Below, one piece after another: positions 48,492-64,000 of a DNA stretch of 64,000 nt. Origin of the DNA: the human T2T-CHM13v2.0 reference genome, Homo sapiens; the NCBI RefSeq assembly GCF_009914755.1, contig NC_060931.1. One strand, written 5' to 3'. Below the pieces are notes generated by a model. That model ran no database searches and had not been told where the DNA came from. It saw only the letters and a program-made list of their open reading frames with translations. Within the stretch, counting starts at the first letter, position 1; each line of letters begins with the position of its first letter. The position numbers and the translations under genes are program-made.

Positions 48492-48811
48492 CTCCCACCA
48501 GGCCCACCCTCAACACTGGGGACTACAATTGAACATGAGATTTGATTGGGAACACAGATCCAAACCGTATCACACATTACACTGTAAACCTATGGTTTAT
48601 GTACTTTTCTTTATGTTGCAAAATAAAATGTTTTCTTACACTCATGAGGCAATTGGAACACTGATATTTGATGATACCTAGGAATTGCCAGGGTTTTTTT
48701 GTTGATGATATTGGAGTTTTGTCATAAAAAAGTCTTATGGTTCAGAAAGACACACAACTTTATCTAGGTAAAATGTGATGCTCGAGGTTTGCTTTAAAAA
48801 GTAAGGGAGGT

Positions 48812-49127
<316 letters not shown>

Positions 49128-49280
49128 TTAGAGTTTAGATTGGCCATGTAATTGATAATTGTTGAAGCCAGGTGATAGTTACATGGGGGTACATTAAGCT
49201 ATTGTCTAGTATATAGTTGAAAATTTTTCTTAAAAAAGTAATTGTAGAATCCCCAATAGACACCTCTCTTTGCCCACTTC

Positions 49281-50418
<1,138 letters not shown>

Positions 50419-51274
50419 TCAGTACAACTTTTAATCTATTTTCTTTCATATACAGTGAGCTCAGCTAAACTGTCTTAGTATGAGAACCAGCACATCCTAC
50501 CGACCCTGAGGCCTCAGCCTCTAATCAAATGGGTTTACAAAAACAATCAACAAAGATGGGTCTTTTCCAGGAAAACGGAGGAATCCTATTCTAACTGCCA
50601 TGAAAAACAATTTTCTGTATTCATTCATTCATTCATTCATCCCCTACCCACAATATGCATAGGTAGGGTTTATCTCTTAATAAATTTGAGAAGTATTGTT
50701 AATAGAATCAGGAACATAGTTGTTAACCTTTCCCCAGGGTGGGCTACTTCTACTGATCACTAATATAAACCATCATCACGATCCTTACAAGCTTTGCTGT
50801 CAGAAAGCGATCTTCTCTCAAATTGGTTCATCTTTTTGATATCCCTCAATCCCTTCCACACCAGCTATAGTTGTTGAATTTTCCTTTAACTGGGACATTT
50901 TGAGTTTGTCAGAGGAGGAAGGGAGAAAAAGCATTTAAGAATAGTCTACTGACTGAATGGGAATTACTGCAAAGAGCTGATGAGGTGAGAATGCCAACAA
51001 GCGGGTTTAAGACCAAAACATTCACCCAAGTGAGATTACATTTGTTTTCTGGAAATAGGGGTGGTACAGGATAATTAACTTGACTTGGTCTTGAAACACA
51101 TTTTCAGCCTAGAAGAAGCACACAAATCGTACTTGACTTAGGAATTAAACAGATGTGATGTGGAGAAAATTAAAACATTTTATCAACCTCTGTGAAACTC
51201 ACAACTCAGATTGTATGAGCCTAAGCTATAAAACATTGTATCTCATCATCTCAGCTTAGGGGTTTCTGCTCTAG

Positions 51275-51986
<712 letters not shown>

Positions 51987-54900
51987 TAGCATAGTCAAAA
52001 ACAACCAAAGAGCACCTTCCTAATATTCAGGCATGGCATCAGTTTAAGTAATGGCAGAATTCTTTGGAGAAATTCAATGTATCTTAAATGCCCAGAGCAT
52101 TCATTTGACTCTAGACAATCTGGACAGAAATAATTGTGAAGCAGGTAAATTTTCCTGAGAGTTCAGTACAGGGACTGATAGAGAAGGATATTCTCCAGAT
52201 TATTGAATATCATAGCTTTGCACTGCTTACAATGAAGCTCTCACACAAAGGCCACTGATGGAGAATAATCAGATGGAGAATAATCCTACTGTGCTATTGA
52301 TACAACTTATAGCAGCACAGGTGTTTGGAGGACACCTGAGCATATTCATGCCACCTTGAATCAATAGGCAAAGAGATTTCCTCTTTAAGGTGAGACAGTT
52401 CTAATCTGGTGGTCATCAGCAACTGTGCTTTGAGATACTTTGAGCTTCCATGTGTAAGAAAGGAAGTGACAGGCTCAAAGCAACAGTTTTAAAGACCCTT
52501 GAGAAAGAGTAAGGGCTTAGTCTGCAGCCACCCAGTGGGTGCGATTACCCACGCAGTTCTGTGTAGCTCCTGACGAGTACATGCTATAGTTTCATGTAAG
52601 AGGCAGTATGGATATAGTGTTCAGAGCATGGGCTTTTGGTCAGATTACTAGAGTCTGTCAAACCTGCTTTATTTATAAGACAGATGATAACAGTGCCTGT
52701 GGCGTTGGCTTTTGTGATATTAAAATGATTTAGTATGTGTAAGCCCTTAGAACAGGGCTTCCTGCCCCATTGTCAGCATTCAGTAAATGTTAGCTATTTT
52801 GAATTGAGGGGTGTGGAGTAAACACACAAGAACAACGATGATTTTGGAATGGTGTTTAAAAGAAATTTACAGAAAGATTCCAGAGAAATGTGGTAAAAAA
52901 TTAGCCTTTAATTTCTGGGTTAGAACTCATTTTAATAAAACAGTATGTCTCAAATGACTGAAGAAAGAATTGTATGGCATCATAGAAAGAACATAAGACT
53001 TGGAGGAAAGACGTGGAGGGTTAAGTCCTAAGTTGTCACCAGCGCTGTGGCCTGGGATCCTGCAACTCATCCCTTTGGGCTTATAAGGAAAGTTAATCTC
53101 TGTGGGTTGCTTCTAGCTTAAAACTATGATACGATGCCAAGTAACACTTAAATCACTGTTTCTTTGATTAGATGCATATTAAGGTTCAAAAAAGAATTAC
53201 CAGTCTGGACCCCTGTGCTTCCATTCTCCTCTTATTTAAATCATCTTATTTCAATCTTCTCTTATTTAAATCACCTTATTTAAATCATTTGAATTATCTA
53301 TTTAAATGTTAATAGGCTTATCTGATTTAATAATTTAATCATACTTATAAGATATAATAGATTAAAAACCAGAACATCTAAGACCTGTCCCCAGACACCT
53401 GAGCAAAAAAAAAAGACAAACTGACACTAAGGTAGAATGTGATAAATATTTATCTTAAGATAACAGATCTTTGTCTTCCATCTTCTTTAATAATGTTTAT
53501 AGTGATAAATATGTCCTGAGTGGGATTTTTCTCCCCAGAAAAGAATTTGTAAAGGCAAAGCCACACTGCTGACCAGTTTCCCTTGTTCCTTACTGCCCAC
53601 GTTTCCAGACAGCTGGTCAGGGTTATGGCTGTGGGCTGTGGCCATGAAACAGGAGCATGCTGACCCAGGGTGCTGCCTGCCGAGCTAGTGCCCAAACATT
53701 AAGAGGAGTTAAATTACTTAACAACAGCAGGGATGGTAGAGCTAAGAAAAGATTTAAGATGATGAACTAAATTGTATACAAAAATATGCCTTCAAGAATA
53801 GTCTCTAAAGGGCTTTCATAACCGTCTTTCTGAAACCATAAAGAAACCTGACATACATTGATATTTTCTCCAGCTAATTCCCTTGAAGAGGCAGTGCTCA
53901 TTATCAATTCAAAATTTAAACTGGTGCACTCACCAGGAAGAATAAATGAAATTCTGTAGACATTATCATGCAAATTCCATCTTAAGCTTTCCAGTTGTAA
54001 AAATGTTCAGTTGTTTATAACCAGCTTGGCATTTCCATGTAAGATAGGATTTTTAGAATAACAGGACAGATTTATGAAAAATAAACAAGACTAACATGTT
54101 ATTTAAAATGCCACAAATGGAGACTAAAATTCACCAAAGCTGACATAATATTCCAAAGGCAAAACCTGAGGTGTACATGACAGCTATTCCTCAGGATTAC
54201 ATACATATGATTTCAGACAAATGGCTTAGAGAACCCGAAATCCTTTATTCACAAAGGTTTCACATTTCTGGTAAGAGAAATCCAAACCAATTCAATGGAA
54301 TCTAGGTAGAGTCTAAACAACACTAGGTACTGTATAGACATAAAAAATAAATATGGCAAAGATTCTACCATTGCTGTAGTGAGAAGTGGGAGGAGAAAAT
54401 AGACACATAACTGAACTATAAAGCAGACTGTGATAAATATTATAGAAGGCACCAACAAAATGCTTTGAAGTGCTTGTGTTTGAAAAGAGAGAAAGATTAG
54501 GTTTGTGGAAATAAAACATTTTGTGTGGAAAAAAGTGTTATTTCAGCTGAATTTTGAAAAATAGGTAGGATTAGGATAGCAAGCAAGTGAATGGGAAAAG
54601 GCTATCTCAGGTGACTGCATCAGTAAACGCATAGAGGGGGTTGGAGCATTATCCCACTTGGCTTGAAGGAGGGAGCATTCGAACACCCCAGCATGATGAC
54701 TGAATACTGAATTGGAGGTGCTGTGCAGAGAACAGGCCCTTAGAGACCGGCTGTTATTATTCTTCAGTCTGCAGGCATCGTTCCTCCAGGAATTGTTATG
54801 TCACTCATAAGAAATTGAACCATCTTTAATTAAAGCCACCTAAGTTGAACAAAGGAAGAAGAGTGACTAGAGAAGAAATTGATGATGTGAGGAAGAACAG

Positions 54901-55002
54901 AGATTGATGGAGACATAATGGAGGGGTCAGGAGGAGGTGGGATCCATGGACTGGGGTAGGGGTTCCTATAAGGAAAACCATCACTATTTTTTTTTTTAAG
55001 AG

Positions 55003-55212
55003 GAGGGGTAAGCAAACTGTTCCTGTCAGTAGCCAGATGGTAAACATTTTAGGCTTTCAAGGCCACATGTTCTCTGTCTCAACTATTCAACACTGCCACT
55101 GTATTGTGAAAGCAGACATAAATAAATGAATGAGCATGAATGTATTCCAGTAAAACTTGATTTAAAAAATGGCTAGCAGGCCAGATATGGTCCACGGGCC
55201 ATTGTTTACCCT
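55003..55212. mobile_element. MER58A-like hAT-Charlie DNA transposon
   Basis: aggggtaagcaaact...ggtaaacattttaggcttt...ccagtaaaactt...ggccagat...ggccattgtttaccc. Confidence 0.8.
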
Positions 55213-58200
55213 TTTCCTTAGAGAATTAGCAAGGAAGAAAAATAAATGTACTAAGATATTCAACAGAGATAAAATTAATTAAAAGCTTTCTTTGACTTTA
55301 CAGTTAAAAAAGGAGGGTAGGTTATCTGTTAAGAAATGTACATGGAGGACAGAAGGAAATGAAGACATCTTATAACAGCCATCATGAGGTTAACCAGGAA
55401 TGAAAACACCCAAAGCAGCATTTTGAATTCTTAATGGGGCCAATCAACAACTCTAGAACCAGAAAGGAGAAAGTCTACAAAAGCATTGTTCAATCTGAGA
55501 CTTGGCTAGTTCTCAATCATTTTTTGTATCTGTTGCATAACTTAGGGGATACAAAGAAGATCAAGCCATTGCATATTACATTGTATTGACAAGAACTTAC
55601 CACTGTAAAGTTCAAAAAGAAGAGTTTCTTCTTATTTCTACTCACAGGTCTCACTACAAAACCCACTTTAGTGTCATCTGCACAGCAATCCAAACACTGT
55701 GAACAGGAGACAAGCAATCAAGCATTGGCTTGGACCCAAAGATGAAACATAAGGTCATGGATAAACTCAAGAATATGCCTCAGCCATCAAGTTACCAGCA
55801 ATAAGAGAAGAGCCAAGGTTGGAATAAAGGAAGTCAATTCTCTATGTTTTCTTTGTCATCTCAGATGCAGGGAGATCTAACACAGAGGAAACATAGGTTG
55901 CTATTTCTCCAACAGTAACTCAAAAGTTTCGGAAGCTATCTAACACAAAGTATTTCAGGATCATAAGGTGAGAAGAGTGAGCAAATAGCAGGCTCTTTCC
56001 TTTAGAAAAATAACTTCTTTTTAAAATGACTTGGGCTCTTTACATTTCCTTTAAGGACCACAGGCTAGTTCTGGGCTCCCCACGTACTATGAAGGAGAGT
56101 GTCACATGTCAATCAAACATAGCATGTGATGGGAAAGATTGGCAGGCACCAGTGGATAAGCTTCCATTTCCTTTTAATGATACTCTAGAGACATGGACAT
56201 AGCTTTCAGGCATTTTGATCAGGCAAGCAGTTAAAAGTATCACACTGAGCCTGAGAATCACCATAGCTGGAAAGACAAGGCGCAGTTGCCATCTATTTGA
56301 ATTTGCTAATTTGCCTAAAACTGACAGAGCAAGGCTTGTCAAAGATGATTATTTGGCACTGTCAGTCTCTCCCTAAGAGGATTTCCATCATTCGGCCTTC
56401 AGTCCCTGTTGATCAAGAGCAGTGTGGAGCACAGTTTTTTTCTACATTTGTCACCTCAAACCATTCCTTTGTTTCTCTGAGTAATAATTCACATCTCCAC
56501 TCCACTGTTAGAAAGTGGGGTTAGAGCTCTCTATGGTAACAGTAGTTGTAGGCATTATCTTAAGCTTTCAGAGTTACCTCTGCTGAAAGACACCAAAAAT
56601 CCCAGCTTACAACCCAAGTACTGTTCAACACCACAATACCACATGTTGTCTTTCCCTTGTCTTTAGGGGGGTATCACAAGCTTAAGGCCCAGGAATGCCC
56701 ATCTCAAGAGAGGTCAGAGAACCATGATACACAGTCAGCCCAGGAGAGTAAGGGGTCAGAAGCTCAAACACCGGGGCTTGAGATACCTTATCTGATTAAT
56801 TGGACAAGATCTGCAGCAAGCAATTCTTCCTGCCTGTCTTCTGATCTTATTCCCAGCCTCCTTTCTCAATAACATTTGCCTTGTTGCTGCCATGTATGTA
56901 ACATGGCAACATTATTATTATTTGTTCAGTGTTGTAACTACGGAACAATTATGAGTTGGACAGTGTCGCTCAAGAATCCTAAATGAAACAGTTGTCCCAG
57001 TTTTACAGATGAGAGACCTCCAACTTTGAGAAGTTGCAACATTTGCCCAAAAACACACAGCTATGGCAGGTTGGTATTTAAACCCAGGTGTGTCTGGCCC
57101 CATAGCCTGTGCTCTTATCTAGACATGGGTCAACAGGCCCTGAGGAGTCTGCTCAGTAACTGCAGATTTTCCTCACAGGAAGGGGGAAGTTTCAATGTGT
57201 ATACACCCATAGAGACACAGCCAAGTGCCCTGGTATCATAGCAGTGGAGAAAGCAGGTGTCATGAAGAAGTGTTAGAAATCTCATAACAATCAAATATGT
57301 GCAAGCTAAGTCTTAACTGGAAAAGAATTAAGTTTGCATCTTTATAATTTACACTAATGAAAGTATTTGCAATTTGTTTTCATTTGCAAAGTCTCACTCG
57401 ATCTGCATAGCAACCTCAGGAGGATAGCAGAGCAAACACCATTTCCATTTTTCAGATGAAAAATCATGAAGTTTCTAACAGGTTAGAAAATACACTTAAG
57501 GTTACATGACTAGTAAATGGAAAAACCAGGATTAGAAACTTCATTTTCCAGTTCTGAGCCCCAGTTTTCTCCCTAATATTAGGAAGCTTCTGTTCTGTGT
57601 ATTTGTTGCTTAATAGAACTGTGAACAAACTTCTCCCCGCATACATTGTTTCCCCCTCTAGTTCCTGAGAGATGGCATTTACCAGTGCCATAGTCCTAGT
57701 CTCAGGGGAATTAGCACACCCTCAAAACATCAGAATAAAACTGGTCTTCATTAGCAAGCAGTAGTTTGATTTAATTGCTAAAGTTAAACAAAAAGTGGGA
57801 AATCTTGACTATATTATACCAGTTAAAGTCTATAACTCTATGCTATAATAATTAAAAAAATAGAAACAGCATCGTGAATTTTTTTTTAAAGTTAAGAGTG
57901 GGGACAGAGGGCTTAGCCAAAATCCCTGGACAGCAGTATAATGATATGTTTATATTGACTAGTGTCACTGAGAAAATCACAGAAGAACCAGAAAGCATAA
58001 ATAAGAGTGTAGACAAGCACAAATGCTTGTGAAATAAAAAAGAAAACAGAAGGAACCAAAAATAGATAGAAAGCAAAAATTGAATCTGAATCATTAATCA
58101 CAGGCAACAATGTACAAGAGAAGAAAATAAGTCACTAAATGCATACCATTATATTATCCTGTTATTCTCCTGGCTTGGGGATATGTCACCAAAGAGGAAA

Positions 58201-59734
58201 AGAAGTAACATGGAGCAGAGGGACAAGAGGAATAAAGAGGAGAGTTGAATCCTGGAAGCTCAGGAAAAGACACAAAGTGTTCAGTATGAAGGAGACACTC
58301 TTTTGAATGATGAGGCATATTTCTCCATTGCTTTCGGTGTTATTATTATTAAATAAACTTGAGTATGAAGGGCTGGGGGAGGACTTTTGACAATCCTAGC
58401 TGTCAGTCCCTCTGCCGACAGTTGCTATTTTTTCCTATTGCTATTTCATTCCTTCCCAACTTCTCCCTTCATCTGGTAGGTGACTGAGCTGAGCGGTTCC
58501 ACCCCCGCAGTGCATGCTTCTCTCTCTTCACCCCTGAGCTGCGATTCCTTGGGAGGAAACCATACTTTCTGCAGAAAGAGAGGCTGGGGTCAACAGAGTC
58601 TTCACATAGCATGAGTGGCACTGGCAGGCTGGAGTCCAGAGTAATATGAAGTTTGAATACAGATATTGATGGCAGAAATTGGCAACAAACCCTAGAATCA
58701 AATGAACAGTATGGGAGGTCTCTGTTACCCTGATTTCTGAGGGCAAGGGCTATCATCTGCTTTGTGGTCTTAAACGTTTTAGGTGATTATTTTAGAGGAT
58801 CTAGATCAGTGTAATAACAGTGACACGGAGTTTTACCCTGTAATTACTAAAGTCACTAAATTTCAAAACATTTTAGAAAAGATCTAAAATGAATTGACAC
58901 TGCACACAAACTTACTTATGGGTCTGTCAAAAGTTTTCAATAAACTACCTTTTCTGAACCCAGTTTATTTTGAAACATGATAAGCCCAGATTTATTTTTA
59001 TCTAACCTGACACATTCACTTTTGAACTGATCTCCCCACAGCTGTACCATCCACTTGAAGAAATGATAATGCTGTGGATGTCATTGTTCCCAGCTAAGTC
59101 TTAGTATGTAGCTCTGGAGGATGCTTCAAATCAGGGCATCGATGCTTCATGGTTGGCTCTCTCTCCCAGGTCCTCATTCCAACCCCCGCAAAAGCCCAAT
59201 GACTAATGAGACAAATCCAAGTCTTTTCTGAGAACCCTCTGACTTCTGTCAAACTAATAAGCCCTCCTACACTTCTCTTTCTACGTTTATCCTGACAGAC
59301 AAAAACTGTGGGCAAAAACATCCAAACATGGACTTCCTCTTGTCTTTTAGTTTAAAGGCATGCATTTGTCAGGTGAGAAGTTCCAAGGCAAATTCCAAAT
59401 TCCCACTGTGATTTTTATTACATTCTTGCAGACTTACAGGTAAAGCTATATTTCATCGCAAAGTTTCCACTTATCTGTTGTAAATAACTTTTCCAAAAGT
59501 TAAGCTAGGTATTAACAACAGCATTTGCTGATTGCCAATAATGTGCACAGGACAATAAAATAAAACTCAATCAGCTGGAATTATGATAAAATTATTACAT
59601 ACTAGTTATTATGACATCAACTCTTTGGCTACCATAGGAGTAAATGCATTCAAATAAAGCCGATTTACCTCATTTGCTAATGAAGATGGATAAGTAAAAG
59701 CTTCTGTTTGAATTCCAAGACTTACTGTATGTAA

Positions 59735-59920
59735 CAATGGGTTTAGTCTGTGGACCAGCACCATCAGCATCACCCGGTAACTTGCTAGAAATGCAAATCC
59801 TCAAGCCCCACCCAAGACCTACTGAATCAGAGCCCTAGGGGGTACGGCGGAGGTTCAGCAATCTGGTTTATAAGCCTTGCAGTTGAATATAATAAAGTCT
59901 CCGTTTTCAGAACCATTGGT
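59735..59920. mobile_element. MER5A-like DNA transposon
   Basis: gaccagcaccatcagcatcacc...gctagaaatgcaaatcctc...cctactgaatcaga. Confidence 0.8.
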
Positions 59921-60007
59921 ATAACAGCATTGGATTAAAACTGAAGCAGAAACACCTACCACTTAAAAATTTTACTTTCCACGACTTTCAAAGCAGCACC
60001 AGATCTT

Positions 60008-60263
60008 TAAAATAAGCTTTTCATTGTAGAAATAGCTTTAGATTTATAGAAATGTTGCAAAGATGGTACAGAGAATTCCCATATACCCCACACCCAGTTT
60101 TCTCTATTGTTAACATCTTGCATTAGTACATTTGTCACAATTAATGAACCTATATTGACACATTATCATCAACTAAAGCCTATACTTTATTCAGATTTCC
60201 TTAGTTTTTGCCTAATGTCCTTTCCCTGTTCTAGGATCTCATTCTGGATGTTATATTACATTT
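60008..60263 (-). mobile_element. L1M 3' end fragment
   Basis: ttgcaaagatggtacagagaattcccatataccc...catttgtcacaattaatgaacc. Confidence 0.8.
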
Positions 60264-61598
60264 AAATTCCTAGAATATAAAAAAAAATCAGTAATCTCCA
60301 CGATATAATGTATCTTGATTCTTATCAAAATTAGCCATGGAAATTTCTCCATACTTGCCTTGTATGTGCAATAGAATGTCTGGTGGCATTTAACATTTCT
60401 TCTTCTATTATACCTGATAGAAGTTTCAGTTTCAGGATGTTAATTAGGCTGTGCCACATATCACTACTTAATGGATCTGAAATCTTGGGCAAAGGTCACT
60501 TGACTAATCATTATTTTCTTTTGCTGCTTCTAAAGCTGTTGAATTCTCCCTGTTATGCCAAATTCCCTTTGCAATTAAATAATTTAGAGAAAAAAAAACT
60601 CTCAGTGAAATCACATGGATACCCACACAAGGCTTGATGTTTTATAAAGTGTTCTATTACTGATATAAACTGATATATTTTAAAAATCCTGTCTCTTTAG
60701 TTGTTGTCTTGGTTCAACACATTGTTCTTAGCATAATAGTGCAATTTTAAATGCAGTTGTCTGATTTCAGGATTAATATCTCTGTCTCTCCCCCTAGAAT
60801 GTAAGAACTATGAACAGGGCTTTACCCAGTTTGCCTGCCATTATATTCTCAGAGCTTAGCACAGTACTTGACACAAGGTAGATATTCAATAGCAATTTGT
60901 TAAATATGATGAGAACCTAAGAAGGAGATCACATCCAATAAATATTAAAGATATTTAGCTATTACATTAATTTAAACTAATAATTTATAAGGAAGTCATG
61001 CTCTGAAGGAACTTGTAATGATTTCTGAGCATTGATCATTCAGCCATGTGCTCCGCTTTTCCTCTCCACTCCTCCCTTCCCCCTTCCATAGAAAGCAGTG
61101 CAAACAAGATACCTGATATTGATCTTGCTAGAGAGAGACAAGAATTGCCACAATTTTGTTTTTTTTAAATTGTGACTTCTAAGCGAACATACTAACTTTT
61201 CTTAGAAGGAGGTTAATGGCCCATGGCTGCCAACAAGAAATAGTACAAATGAGAAAAATAGTATAAATGAGAAAAAGTGCAATAGAGTACCAGTATCTTC
61301 ACACCAGCCAGTGCTCAGACCACTTGCTGAAATTCATCATCAGATTTTTTGTGCGTTATATGATCAGAGCATGTTAGACATATTCCAAATAATGTTATAT
61401 TGAAGAATAATGCACAATAAAACAACAACAAAAATAAATTTAGAGCATGTAATGAATTCTGATGTCTACTTACCAGCTTTAGACTAATAGCTTAGAGATT
61501 TCACATAGGAAGTGCTTCATAATGGGATTTTTCTTCATATAGTCAAGTTTTTACTTGCCCAGTGAAAACAACAACTACATTTTAAAAGTTTACCTCCT

Positions 61599-61908
61599 GG
61601 CAAGGTGCGGTGGCATGCCTGTAATCCCAGCACTTTGGGAGGCTGAGACCAGCAGATCACCTGAAGTCAGGAGCTCAAGACCAGCCTGACCAACATGGTG
61701 AAACCCCGTCTCTACTAAAAATAAAAAATAAAAAAAATTAGCCAGGTGTGGTGGCATGCGCCTGTAATCTCAGCTACTCAGGAGGTTGAGGTGGGAGAAT
61801 TGCTTGAACCTGGGAGGTGGAGGGTACAGTGGGCTGAGATCCCACTACTGCACTCCCACCTGGGTGACAAGAGCCGAAATGTCATCTAAAAACAAAACAA
61901 AACAAAAA
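61599..61908 (+). mobile_element. AluS
   Basis: Dimer, (AAAAC)n tail, near-TSD AAAAGTTTA(C/A)CTCC. Confidence 0.93.
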
Positions 61909-62664
61909 GTTTAACTCCCTTAGTATTTCATTTTAAATGATTTCCAGGAAGTGTAAGATTGTGAATATTCATTTAAAACAATGTTTCCAATAAAATATGA
62001 CATTATAGAAAACCAGAATGCAATACAACATTTTGGATGATGACTGATGCCCTTAGGGCTTGTGTAAATACAGCACCTCTTATCACCCACTGTGATAAGT
62101 TTTACATTATTTGCTGTGAACAAAACTCCCAGTGAGCTATTATTTATTAGGCTAGTTATAAAGGTTGTACCAATTATTTCTGAGAGTATAAAGGTAAAAC
62201 TGAGTTATTCATTGTTTTTCTAGTCCCAAACCACAAACTCTACTAGGCTGCTTTAGGCATGCAGAACAGAGCAAAGCCAAATAAAAACAAGTCTTCTGGC
62301 TTTTGCTGCTCTGGGGAGAAACCAGCACCTCTGCTGCCTTGCAATTCTGAATGTAAAGTAGAATGATAGAAAAGAGTAATGGGTAAGATTCTAGCTGAAT
62401 GGGACTTTAGAGATCTGCCAGTTCAACTCTTCTAAATGAGGAAACCGAGGCGCTCAGAAGTCCGACTTTTTCAGGGTCACATGTAAACAGCAGAGGCAAT
62501 GTAAAAAGTGAAGGGAAAAGAAATAAATACTGATGAAACTAAAACTATCTCTTTAACAATACTTAAGTCCCAGACAATGCATTTATTTACTTCAAGTTAC
62601 ATTGATATAATTAAATTGTAATACAATACGAAATCTGTGGATCATTAAAATATGATTCTACCTG

Positions 62665-62910
62665 TGTAGGGTGGCATGGTAGACAGAATAATATCCCCAT
62701 AAGATGTTTACATCCTAATACCAGAAGCTCTGAATATGTTACCTTACACGGTATAGGGGACTTTTGCAAATGTGATTGAGTTAACGATCTTCAGATGGGA
62801 AGGTTATCCTGGATTATCACTATCTGCATGGGCCCAGTGTAATCACAAGAGTCTCTGTAAGAGGGAAGCAAGAAGGTGAAAGTCAGAAGAGGAGTTATGG
62901 CAATGGAAAT
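62665..62910 (+). mobile_element. MLT1 (C/D-like) LTR 5' part
   Basis: ggtagacagaataat...gaatatgttaccttac...ttatcctggattatc...gtaatcacaag. Confidence 0.75.
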
Positions 62911-62976
62911 ATTCTAAATCTCTTTTCTTGGAATTCTATTAAAATGGATTGCTTTATGCAATGGTATGAATGCTTG

Positions 62977-63314
62977 TATGCCACCTCCCCCCAATTTCTA
63001 TGTTGAAATATTAGCTCCCAGGGTGATGGTATTAGGAGGTGCGGTTCTTGGGGAGGTAATTAGATCATGTGATAGAACTGTCCTGAATGGAATTAGTGCC
63101 TTTACAAAATAGGCTCAAGGTAGCTTGTGTATCCCTTCCACAAGCAGTGAGAAGGTGCTATCTATGAGGAATTAGCCCTCACCTGACACCAAATCTTCTA
63201 GAACCTTGATCTTGAACTTCCAAGCCTCTAGAACTGTAAGAAAGAAATTTCTGTTGTTTTTAAGCTACCCTATCTATGATTATTTGTTATAGCAGCCTGA
63301 ACAGATTAAAACAC
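62977..63314 (+). mobile_element. MLT1A-like LTR
   Basis: tgaatgcttgtatgcc...tagaactgtaagaaagaaatttctgttg...agcagcctgaacagattaaaaca. Confidence 0.8.
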
Positions 63315-64000
63315 TATCTTTAGCATTAGTAAGGTACAATTCTTCCAATAGGCTGCCTAGTCACATATTAAATATTAATCTTGGATTCTAAAGACAGGGT
63401 AGAATTATATATATTGTACATTGTAATTCTTTTCAACAAGATCACATTGACATAGGGTCATTGGCTAGATCACAAGGATTTCAACTAGAGAGACAAGTTC
63501 TGTGCCATAAACACAATGTTATGTAGCAATCGTGCAAAGAAAACCATCAGAAAAAGTTTCCAGGTAAAATAATTAGTAGGGTTCAATCCTCTGTTCCATT
63601 TATTCTAATTGCCTTCCTATTTATGGAGAACCACTGAGTTTAACTTATTAATGTAAATATAAGCTTTGCTCACCAAGAAAGCTTGGCTAAAGTCCTGACT
63701 CCAAAGAATGATGGTGGCCAACTTTGATAAGAGTCAAAATATATACTGGAAATTGCTGATTTTCTTTATATTAAGAAATTTAACTTGAACATATCCATAA
63801 TTTAGAATTAAGTGCTTGAATGACTGAATCATGCCGAATACCACTTTTAAAGTTGGATTTGCTCTTTATCTTAATTTGAAATAAATAGAATTGTATGAAA
63901 ATAATAATAGTTGTCTTTCACTGGAGGCCTCTCATGAGTCTGGCACTCTGCTAGATGCCTCATTTATACTTCTCACTTAATCTCCAGGAACCACCTTCAA

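Larger units (their letters stand above)
47105..48572 (-). mobile_element. MST-family MaLR LTR (47105-47431 + 48492-48572), outer host of the nest
   Basis: tgtattagtttgttctcacattgccataaagaaatacc ... acacagatccaaaccgtatca; near-TSD TACAT/CACAT. Confidence 0.9.

Noticed and set aside
52525-52545. CTCF-like motif GCCACCCAGTGGGTGCG (also CAAATAGATGGCA on the minus strand near 56290)
   Set aside because: Too many mismatches at core positions to call without ChIP data.
56400-58570. Calling the minus-strand acceptor-like sites coding exons of a named gene
   Set aside because: The candidate peptides (e.g. WSGDVNYYSEKQRNGLR*, SMVSSQGIAAQG*) match nothing I recognise, and such sites occur by chance; kept only as a low-confidence lead.

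Overview
Human (or at least hominine) non-coding DNA rich in repeats. The AluYb8 at 31783-32098 points to Homo sapiens, because that subfamily is essentially human-specific. I find no intact protein-coding gene, RNA gene or CRISPR array. Most supplied ORFs are read-throughs of Alu, L1, LTR or microsatellite sequence, or look like chance ORFs. The one gene-derived feature is a processed pseudogene of AP1S2 (AP-1 sigma-2) at about 24936-27260 (+). It has a Kozak ATG, a deleted and stop-interrupted CDS, a long 3' UTR, AATAAA, an A-tail remnant and a target-site duplication (TSD), and it sits inside an old L1M. The first 52 kb hold about 36 Alu or Alu-derived pieces, several L1 3' ends and many solo LTRs, often nested with readable TSDs. 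The last 12 kb are almost Alu-free and largely unique, and may belong to a gene I cannot identify. I cannot support a new biological system here. The best leads are local structures: an 80-nt near-perfect hairpin in apparently unique DNA, two short locally templated duplications, an Alu-Alu fusion junction, and a triple-nested LTR stack. Repeat subfamily names come from recalled consensus sequences and need RepeatMasker/Dfam confirmation.
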